This document shows positions 53,083-62,238 of a stretch of DNA of 64,000 bases, in pieces. This DNA comes from Pelagomonas calceolata (lineage: Eukaryota): assembly GCA_918797485.1 (NCBI GenBank), contig CAKKNE010000006.1, forward strand, positions 2,790,001-2,854,000. Reading direction: 5' to 3'. Numbering within the stretch: the stretch's first letter is position 1; the number at the start of each line of letters is the position of its first letter. Under the pieces are notes generated by a model. It was given only the letters and a program-made list of their open reading frames with translations. It was not told the origin of the DNA and did no database searches. The translations under genes were made by a program, and so were the position numbers.

Positions 53083-53586
53083 CTAAATGAGCGACGTGTA
53101 CAAGTTGCCATCAGCATCCACGGAGCTCGTCGCCGCGAAGGACGAGTAGAGCATCCCCAGCCAGAACAGAAGCCCGGCGGCCATGTACGTGACGAGGCCC
53201 CAGCCGTCTGACCAGACGGCCGTGAGGCCGAGGATATAGTTGGCACAGACCGCGCCGAAGCCCACGGTGCTCACGGTTCGGAACGTAACTGGCGTCACCT
53301 CCGGGAGGCCCGACTCCACCATGGTGCTCCCGCACGGCCACTCCGCGGGAATGAGTTCGAAGCCGTAGACGCCGGCCATACCTGCCAGCGCCAGGGAGAA
53401 GACGCCCAGATCCAAGGAGTCCGAGAAGACGGTGTTATATAACGCCCACAACCAAAACGGCGCCGCCACGACCATTGCGACGATGCTTACGCGTTGGACA
53501 GGTCCTTGGGCATACACCTCGGCAGCGAAGCGGCCCAGCGCGACAAAGGCCGCCAGGAGGATGAGGGCTAAAACTCCATCCTCCAT
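53083..53586 (-). CDS. Multi-TM membrane protein, paralog B
   Basis: GPVQRVSIVAMVV, DLG, VGFGAV.ANY.LGL; ends YTSLI. Confidence 0.75.
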   Translation of the reverse strand: MEDGVLALILLAAFVALGRFAAEVYAQGPVQRVSIVAMVVAAPFWLWALYNTVFSDSLDLGVFSLALAGMAGVYGFELIPAEWPCGSTMVESGLPEVTPVTFRTVSTVGFGAVCANYILGLTAVWSDGWGLVTYMAAGLLFWLGMLYSSFAATSSVDADGNLYTSLI

Positions 53587-53652
53587 CTTCACGAGGAATG
53601 CCTGTTTGCGGGCTGTGGATTGGGCTGCCTCCGCCTCGGGCGGCCACGAGGT

Positions 53653-53676
53653 GCTAGCGACATGTAAGGCACTAGG
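53653..53676 (-). promoter_or_regulatory. CTAG motif
   Basis: Reverse complement CCTAGTGCCTTACATGTCGCTAGC between divergent genes. Confidence 0.6.
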
Positions 53677-53864
53677 AAGACTTCGGCCTCCAAACTTGGC
53701 AGCCAGGCTGTGCGCGAGTGCTGTGCACCGAACAAGCGCGGCATTGCTAGGAATTGATCTGCGACGCGCACCCGTCACGCCGTCGACGCGTCGCGAGCAA
53801 TAGGGGCGAGTACGCATAGCTTGGCGCACAGCCAGTGCGCAGCCGCAGCGGCGGCAGCGTTACC

Positions 53865-56223
53865 ATGCCCGTCCAGGAAATCAAATTGAAAGCGGCCTCG
53901 GACGCGCCGAGCAAGTCCGGCTTGGAGAATGTCCCGCCCGACCAGCTCGAGCGCGCGATGAAGGCCGCGATGGCGCGGTCCGACGGCGACCTCGACCTCA
54001 CGGAGGAAGAGCAGAACAAGTTCACGAAGGCCTTTCAAGATAAAGAATTTCGCAAGATGATGGCCGAGTACGTCGACGAGATCAGCGACCCGAAGCACCG
54101 CGCGGAGCAGGACGCGTACATCCGAGAGATGGAGGCGAAGGGAGGTACGATCTCGGCGTCCCGCGGTTTTGCGGCGCCTTCACGCCATCGACGCGACTCG
54201 TCTCCAGGAGACGAAGTCGTGGCTGGTTTCTTTTTGGATTTTGAGGCCGTTCGGACCGCGTCGAGCGACCGCGACGCCCCACGCAGAAACGCCGAAGGAC
54301 AAGCGCGTCATCCATCCGAGTGCGGGTTTCGTCGTCAAGACGAAGAAGGAGGACGGTGCTAAATTATTTATCAATGTGGTTAGTTCGGTGGAGGTCGAGC
54401 AGCCGACCTCTACTAATGTTAATGGTGGCCAACAGTGGCAGCTGCCCCACTTGCTGGGGCCGCCGCGCATGGAGCGGGACAAGAAAGATAACAGTGTCGG
54501 GGCGTTTGATTGCTGCTTCCACCCGCTTGCTTTACAACATGCGGAGAGTGCGAGGCCGTTCCGGGACTTACTCGTAAGTACGGCCATCGACGCGGTGGAG
54601 CAGTCCTACGAGAATCAAAACCAACCGACGAAGCTGTCGCGGACGTACCACGTCCTGCTGGGCGTGAAATATAAAACGGGGCCGCCCCAGGCGCTCATGG
54701 TCGCGTCGGACTTTAATGGGAAACCACCGCCCGCGAACAAGAAGAAGAACAAGAAGAAGAAGAAGAAGAAGCCGGAAGGCCCGTCCTTCGCCGACAACAT
54801 CCGCGGGAGCCTCAAGTCGCAGCCGAAGCCCGAGCCCGAGAAGCCCCTCGACGACCAGCGCGCGAGGGCTCGGAAGCTCCTCGAGAAGGCGAACAGGAAG
54901 CCATCTTCGAACGCGGCGGCGACGCCCAGACCTGTGAACCCGCTCGACGCTCCGACCTCAATAAAAGAAAGAGGCGCGTTCGACCTGCAAAATTTCAGAA
55001 TCGGCGCCGGTTCCGAAGCGGACCGGCGGCCGAAAGAATTAGTTGTCGAGGTATCATTGGAGAAGTGCGCCACGGCCAAGGGTTTAGATCTCGAGTTAGC
55101 TCAGGCGTCCTTCAAGCTGAAGATGGTCCTCGACGGTACGGTACTCTATGACGTCAAGCGGACATTGCCCTATCCTGTTGATGGTAACAAGGGTAGTGCG
55201 AAGTTCGACCGGAAGAGGAGGACCTTGACGGTTGTGGCTCCGGTCTTACCTCGAAGTGCCGAGGAGGAAGAAAAAGACCGACAGATGCGACAGACACAAC
55301 CGGAAAGTGTCGTCAAGGTCATGGGCGGGTCGGAGCCGGAGGTCATCCGCGAGCACACCACTGCGTTTGGTCAACGTAGAAGGGAGCGCGTCGTGGAGCC
55401 GCGCGAGACGCTCGAACAGAAAGATCAGAGATTGGCGAAGGCGCCACCTCGACAAAAGAAGGCCGACGACCACGCCCGCTTCCTCGAGAAGCGGGCAAAA
55501 CCCTCTCGTGTGACGCCTAGACCGCCGTCGAACGACAAATCAAAAGAGAAGACCTGGAGCGAGTCTGAGAGCGACGAGGACGACGACGACGATTTGGTGC
55601 CGTCGATCAACGCTTCTATTGCGGAGGACAATGTTGAAAGAGCTCGGAAGGCTGCTGCTGGGTTCAGGGCGGCGCCCGACGTCGTGGATGAGAATTTCGC
55701 CGCGTCGAAAACGTACACTGGTACTCGAAAAGGCTTCGTGTTTAAGAAGGGCGCGAAGGGCCTCGGCTATTATCGAGACGCTGTATCGGTGGCCTTTCTA
55801 CCTACGATCGAAGCTAGACAACGATCGACGACGGCCACTGTTATTGTGGACGTGGCCGGCGTCTCCAATGTAGATGTGACGGTGGACGGTACGGAAGCAC
55901 GGGTGTCCTTGGATGGCAAGACCTTCGGACTGAGGCTAGGTGGCCAAGTACAAGGCGAGTGCCGGGCCGACGCGGCGGACGCGAACGTGGTGCTCGTCTT
56001 CACGAAGAGTGGTGACGAGACGTGGCCGACCGTCGCGGAGGCGTTCTCCCTCGACGATGCGGTCGTGGACACCGAGGCGCCGACGGACGAGGAGCCGGAC
56101 GACGAGGTCGCGCCGCCTTCTCTTATTCAAAGGGACGCCGCGCCGCCGCCGCCGCCGCCGGCGGCGGCTCAAACGTTCGCCGCGCCGGAGTTCCAGAACA
56201 CGCTGCTGTACAACATCGACTGA
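53865..56223 (+). CDS. DNAAF2: Kintoun / dynein axonemal assembly factor 2 (PIH1 domain); intron 54145-54286
   Basis: AFQDKEFRKMMAEYVDEISDP; HPSAGFVVKT, KLFINV, WQLPHLLG, FDCCFHP; LPYPVD...AKFD...LTV. Confidence 0.85.
54145..54286 (+). mobile_element. Repetitive intron (family B)
   Basis: GCGGCGCCTTCACGCCATCGA.GCGACTCGT...TTGAGGCCGTTCGGACC.CGTCG shared with 61639-61917 and (more diverged) 60892-61152. Confidence 0.75.
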
Positions 56224-56855
56224 TTGGTTGTTGGGGGGAATTTTTGAGTAACGGTTTGACTATTTTTTGTGTGCTCATACGCCGTCGCCCCGTATATTAT
56301 GGGTTTTACGAACAGTCTATTAACAATAGGCGCCTGGGCCAAAAGGTGGGCTCGGGGCAGCGCGGGGGTAGGCGTCGGGGTAGGAGTAGGGACCGCCGAT
56401 TCTCAGGCGCAAGATAGGTTGGCGGTTCAGGGCTCCTGGAAGTCGTCCCACCACGGCGGCGCGATGATGCCGCCGAAGCCGCCCGCGTCGTCGGCGCTTT
56501 CTGGAACGACGCAGCCGTTGACGTCACAATACGGGGACAGCGTCTCGCGGAGCTGTCTCAACGAAGCGGTCACGGAATCGCTCGCACACAGAGATTGCTC
56601 TCTGGTAGCAAAATCGGCACAAAGCCGTCGAAATTAATAGCGGCGATTGTCGAGCGTCGTCGCGGTGTTCGTGAGGCCCTCCGGACACGCGAGACGGTCA
56701 AGAAAGGCACGAATTGCCGTGGTATTGGAGCTGAGGAGGCTGACAGCCCACAAAACTGTGCGCCGTCTTCCTGGCTTGCTAAAACCCACGAAACTACTCC
56801 ACAAGCACACGACAACATACTTAGAGAACGCGAATAGGACAGGTCGGCGCCCGCG

Positions 56856-57266
56856 TCAGCTCGGCCCCTCCGCCTCCTCGCCCGCGTCGTCGTCGCCGCC
56901 CGCGCGGAACGCCGCCTCGCCACAATCCTCACATACCTTGTCCAAGACCCCGGACACGGACTTCGACACGCCCTCGAGCTCGGCGTAGGCCTCGAGGAGC
57001 TCGAGGCGCGAGGCCTCGTTCTCGGCTTGAGCTTGCAAGATGTCGCTCTCCTGCGCCGGCGGGTTCGCCACCAACGCATCGCAAGCGGCATCTAACGCTC
57101 TAGACGCCTTGACGACGGTCCGCGCGATGGCCGCGATCTCCTCGTTCGTGGCCTCGCGGCCGGGCAGCGCCTCCGCGGCGTCGTCCATGGCCGCGCCGAG
57201 CGCGTCGATGCTGTCATGGAGCGGGAGGGGCCACGCAGATTTCGACGCCTCCGGTGGCTGCGCCAT
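56856..57266 (-). CDS. Mediator subunit MED21-like helical protein
   Basis: 136 aa; IARTVVKASRALDAACDAL and QAENEAS...L pattern resembles MED21. Confidence 0.5.
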   Translation of the reverse strand: MAQPPEASKSAWPLPLHDSIDALGAAMDDAAEALPGREATNEEIAAIARTVVKASRALDAACDALVANPPAQESDILQAQAENEASRLELLEAYAELEGVSKSVSGVLDKVCEDCGEAAFRAGGDDDAGEEAEGPS

Positions 57267-57754
57267 GCCTGTGTAGATGAATGATAACCGCGTCGTGTGC
57301 CGGTACCCTCATCGTGCACGGAGGGGACGGTATAGCGTAGTGCGGTCTCATGCCCATTTTGGTGCATGGTACTCTCGCTTCCCGGGAACGGGCCCCGCGC
57401 CGGCGGACACGGCGCGTGGCCAACTTATGGGTAGCTGCTTTTTTGGGCGGGGTGGCGGCGGGGGAGGGCGGAGGCACGCACCGAGTGTTTATTTTGCCCG
57501 CTGGTTTTGCGCAGCAATGGAATGCGGTGTGCGGTGAGAACGGTGCGCGGCGACAGCACGCCGCGACGGCGTCTGCTCGTGCAGCGAGTGTGAGCAAGCA
57601 GTGAGTGTTGCAGCCTCCACGCCTTCGCAGCGATGGGCCACGAGCGGTTGCAGGCTCGAAGCAAAAATGAAAACTGCCTAATAGGTGCAGCAACTCTGCC
57701 GCAGCACAACTGTGCCGCGAGCAGCCCCGCTGGCCGGAGCTTGGAGCTTGGGCT

Positions 57755-57780
57755 TTGCTAGAGTCTTACAAGCCGCTAGC
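57755..57780 (+). promoter_or_regulatory. CTAG motif
   Basis: TTGCTAGAGTCTTACAAGCCGCTAGC. Confidence 0.6.
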
Positions 57781-57932
57781 ACACGTCATACGCGGGGTTT
57801 TGAGGCTCGCGCCGCGCCCAGAATAACTATCGCACGTGGGCGGCCCGGGACAGGTCCCCTCCGACGTGCGCAGGTGCGCGCGCGGCCCGCCGCGCGCCCC
57901 GCGAGCGAACGAACTAAGAAGCGAGATAATAC

Positions 57933-58667
57933 TTAGTCCCCGAACACCTCCAGCAGCCGTCGGACATTGGCAGAACCATTCCCATACCGCTTCTTGATGT
58001 TCCTCCCCAATTTCTTCTGCGCCAGAGCCACCGTCGCGTCGAACTCGGCCTTTTGGCGGGCCACCGCTTCCTTCTGCTCCGCGTTTTGTTGTTCGAGTGA
58101 TTTGGTCTTCTGTTCAAACGCAGCACATTTCTCGTGGCCGCCGGCGACGTCTCGCCGACGGAAGGGCACGTGTCGCCCGTAAGCCGATGAGGACATCGCC
58201 GACGACGAAATGTCGAAATCAAACCGGGGAAAGATCTCGCTACAACCAGGATTCGACCCGACGGCTCGCCCACCCACGCTTTCCCCACAACCCAGCGAAG
58301 GCGGCTGCACTCCTTTCCCCGCGACGAAAGGATGCATCAGCGCCTTGTCCGGCCCGCGCAGCACCTTGTCCGTCTTCAAACAAGACGCGAAGTGGAAGGT
58401 CGGGTCGGGGATCGTCTCGGGCCATCGCACGGGCGGGTGGTCGTCGAACTTTGTCCTTTCCTCTCGCCGGTGCATGCGCGCGACGAAGGCGGACTTGCGG
58501 TTGTCGCAGAATCGTCTATGTGTGCTGGAGTCGGGTTGGGAGCTGAAGAAGGGCAGCTCCACGAGCGTCTTGGACGCTAAAGCTTCGGCCATCCTACTTT
58601 CCTGCTCGGCGGCGCTCGGCCGGATGCTCACGCTGAGCGTGCCCAAGGGCGACGAGGGCTCGGCCAT
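57933..58667 (-). CDS. Hypothetical protein with C-terminal coiled coil
   Basis: 244-aa ORF from ATG. Confidence 0.55.
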   Translation of the reverse strand: MAEPSSPLGTLSVSIRPSAAEQESRMAEALASKTLVELPFFSSQPDSSTHRRFCDNRKSAFVARMHRREERTKFDDHPPVRWPETIPDPTFHFASCLKTDKVLRGPDKALMHPFVAGKGVQPPSLGCGESVGGRAVGSNPGCSEIFPRFDFDISSSAMSSSAYGRHVPFRRRDVAGGHEKCAAFEQKTKSLEQQNAEQKEAVARQKAEFDATVALAQKKLGRNIKKRYGNGSANVRRLLEVFGD

Positions 58668-59200
58668 GGTTGCGAGGCTGCCCCTGCTTGTTGCTTGTCG
58701 GCGGCGTGCGGGCGCGTCGCGCTATTGGGGAGAGCTGCAGCGCCGCGGCCGTTTTTGGAGCGTCGCCCGACGCGTCTCCGCATACGTCGGGGGCCCGCCG
58801 AGCCGTCCCCGGGGCCGGCCCGTACCCGTCCCAAAACCCCCGCGCCGGCGTTCGGCTAGTGGGGCGCCACTAGGAACCCGGTATGTGAGGAGCAGCAGCG
58901 CGGTGCCTCACTGGAACGTGCGTGCGGCCGTAACCCCGGCGACCCCGTTACGGACGGGACCGGTCGGTACCCGCGGGAGACGCGCTGCCCCCTTTGTAGG
59001 AACAGCGACCGCGTCCCTAGAACGACCAGCCCCCCGAACAGGGGCAGCCTCAGCGCCGCCGCCCCCGCCGCCGTCGGACTCGACGGTCGACGCGAAGGAC
59101 CGCGCCGAGCTCGCGCGGCAGCCGCCCCCGAGGGCCGGCCCGCGCGGGCGTCGGGCCTACGGTAAGTACAGAGGCGCGGCCGCCGAGCGGTTGACGCACG

Positions 59201-62200
59201 ATGCAGCACGAAATTACATTAGGAGGCGACGCGCCGCGGTCCATGTTAGCTGGATTGCGCTTGCAGGTCGAGGCGCTAGAAGCCCTGGGCCAGACCTCGG
59301 CCGGCGGCGTCGACCCGCGGGTCGCGCGCGAATGCGCGCGACGCTTACAAGCATTGGCAAATAGATCTGATACGCACCCCCACAATAAAGATAGAAGGAG
59401 TACCTTCGGCCGGCAAGGGAGCGAGTCTGAGGTGTCCCTCGACGACAAACGGACACTGTTATCCCGAGGCAACTCGAAACAGTCCGTAGAATCGACCGCG
59501 TCCAATAGATCACGAAGATCAGATCGATCGCCCCATGATGCCACACCACATAACGACGAGGCCAAGTCCGAGCCGGGGAGTGAAGGTATGCTCTCACCAG
59601 GTGAAAAGCCGAGCATGCGAACGTCGCTCGAAAGTCGTTTAGATCTGTTCAACACCGTACTAGCCACACACGCACGAAAAGAAAACGAGTCCAAGAAGGT
59701 CCAGGCCGAACTCACGGGCGACGGGGAACCGAACGCCTGCACGATCGATCCCCAGTCACCCTTTAGAATTGGCTGGGACCTCACCACGGCCATCTTTTTA
59801 GTATATGTGGCCTTCTGGGAGCCCTTCAACCTCGGATATGTGGGCGAGTGCGCGCGCTTGGACATCAGCCACGCGGTCTTCAACAAGATGGCGCGCCGCG
59901 GCGTCCGGACGCCTTCACAATGACACTCACGCCATCCCCCCGCGCAGATGGACGCCTTCTTCCTCGTCGACCTCTTCGTGAACTTCAACACGGGCTTCGT
60001 GACGGCCGACGGGGAAGTAGTGATGTGTCCTCGAAGATCAGTGAAGAACTACCTGTGGACGTGGTTCCCGATCGACTTCGTATCTAGTATCAGTCCGGTG
60101 CTCGATTACTTCATCTGGTGGGCGGCGCGGGGCACCATCGTCATGCCGGGCAAGGGCTTCAATGGACTCAGTGGACCGCCGTCGACGTGCGACGGCGGCG
60201 CGAACGGCCTCGCGATGGCTCGGTTGTTAAAGATCGGCCGCATCTTCAAGATTTTCAAGGTCCTCAGAATTGCGAAATTAGTAAAAATGGGCAACGACAG
60301 CGCTGACTCAGTGTCTGTTTCTCACGTTTTCCGACCTTCAACGTTGGGAAGATGGCGTCTCCGTGGTCTCCCGCGGCCGTGTCGCGACGGTGTCGGTGCC
60401 ACGCAGGCGCCATCGCCGAGTTCATCGACGACTTCCTCATGTCGTCGGCCTCGAAAACGGCGATGAAGCTGATCAATATCGTCGCATTTACCGCTGTTTT
60501 CGCGCACTTTATGAGCTGCTTCTTTGCGGCCTGTGGCCTACATGCGTGGGAGGCCTACAACCCGTTAGAAGGTACGTCACTCGCTGAAAGTGAGTATGAC
60601 CTGGAGCTCGACCAAGCCGGGGAGGAGAATCGTCACAGAGCAAGGGGCCCGGCGGGCGACTGGACGCGGCTGCGACAGTACTTGGTTGGCTTGTACTGGG
60701 CCATCACCACCATCTCCACCGTAGGATATGGCGACTTCGTGCCAGTGACGGACAAGGAGCGCGCCTACGCCATATTAGCGATGTTCATCGGCTCGGGCTT
60801 CTACGGATATGTGGTGGCCCAAGCGGCGAACATCATCTCCAACTCCGACGCGGACCGGGCGAAGTACTACGAGAAGATGGATTCCGTACAGGTCCGGCTC
60901 GGTGTCTTGTATCTTGAATTTGGGGGTCTGTGGCGCCTTCACTTCACTGATGCGACTCGTATCATGTTGTGGGTGGTCTCTGGTCCGAGTTTGGGGCCAT
61001 TCGGACCGCGTCGGGACCGTTTCCAGTGAACGAGTCGCGACGCGGTCCGAACCGGCCCAAATTCGGACCAGAGACCACCCATCGCCTTCTCTGATGGAGA
61101 CGAGTCGCGTCGACCATCAGATAATCACGTTTCGACGCGACGCGCCGCGCAGGTGTGGATGAAGCACCACAGGTTTCCCAGTCGCATCCGGAGGCAGATC
61201 CGCATGTATTATAGAGCTTACTACTCCCAGCGGCTTTGTATCGACGAGCAGGATTTGATGTCGGATTTGAATCCGGCGCTGAAGCAGACGATTGCGGAGT
61301 TTTTGTTACATGAGTTGGTCGTGACGCACCCGATCTTCGCGAAACTCCCGGAAGGTTTGATGTCGAAGTTCATTACCTTGGTGAGGCAAACTAGAGCTAA
61401 ACTCGGCGACGAGATCGTCGTGCAAGGGGAAGAGTCGAGGTCCATGTTCGTCATCAGCAAGGGTTTAGCTGAAGTGTCTATAATTGATTGGGACGCTAGA
61501 ACAGTGAGCAAAGCGCCATTGCCCGAGGGCGAGTCCTTTGGGGAATTATGTGCTCTGAACATGATCTTCGTGAGCGACATCACCGTCGTCGCGAAGACGG
61601 AACAATTGGAACTTTTTGTCATCAACCTCGAGGACATGGTGCGATCGCGGCGTTTTGAGGTGTTGCGGCGCCTTCACGCCATCGAGGCGACTCGTGTCCA
61701 TCAGACGAGGCCGGGGGTGGTCTCAATTTCGATGTTGAGGCCGTTCGGACCACGTCGGGGCCGTCGCGGCGTGTCGGAGAGAGAGCGGTCGGGGCGACGG
61801 CGTGAGGTGGCTCGCACCGACGCGGTCGCCGCGAAGGCGTCGGCGCGATGCCGCATGAGAGTCTACACGCCTCGGGAGTGCACAGAGGCAGTTTCGTGAC
61901 GCCGCCGTTCCGCGCAGGGCATCGCGCTCGGTAAACTGGAGACCGAGGACCAGGAGTCCTTCGCGTCGATCAAGGAGGCCGCGGCGAAATTGCACGCGCG
62001 GCAGATGGCGCGGTGGCGGCGGAAGCCCGAGCCGCTGCCGCCGCCCGGTGTGGACGACGACCGTTTGGCGACGATCCCGGGGTCGACGCCGGCGACGCCC
62101 AACACGTCAAGAGGTGAGATCGAGCTCGTGGTTCCCGACGACCAGTCGCCTTTGTCGTCGCTCGTCGAGCGGCGGTCGCTGGAGGACTTCCCCGGCAACC

Positions 62201-62205
62201 CATGA
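59201..62205 (+). CDS. Cyclic-nucleotide-binding-domain K+ channel (KCNH/HCN-like); introns approx. 59891-59947, 60300-60406, 60892-61152, 61639-61917
   Basis: PFRIGWD, NFNTGF, WFPIDFVSSI, S4 RLLKIGRIFKIFKVLRIAK, YWAITTISTVGYGD, CNBD QGEESRSMFVI...GESFGE. Confidence 0.9.
60892..61152 (+). mobile_element. Repetitive fold-back intron (family B)
   Basis: Inverted arms at 60970-61013 and 61038-61081; CAG|GT at both junctions. Confidence 0.75.
61639..61917 (+). mobile_element. Repetitive intron (family B)
   Basis: Shares an ~90-bp block with intron 54145-54286; splicing restores the frame to stop 62205. Confidence 0.75.
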
Positions 62206-62238
62206 AAGTACCCTTACCCCTGTGACTGCTAAGAACAT

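Noticed and set aside
56427..56633. Minus-strand frame ...LSPYCDVNGCVVPE...PPWWDDFQEP*
   Set aside because: Looks coding but has an upstream in-frame stop and no defined start or splice acceptor
462..57780. CTAG motif copies as a CRISPR array
   Set aside because: Copies are dispersed kilobases apart in both orientations in a eukaryotic genome, with no regular spacers or cas genes
58210..59364. 384-aa plus-strand ORF and many similar Arg/Pro-rich ORFs in the track
   Set aside because: Shadow or antisense frames expected in high-GC DNA, overlapping better-supported genes
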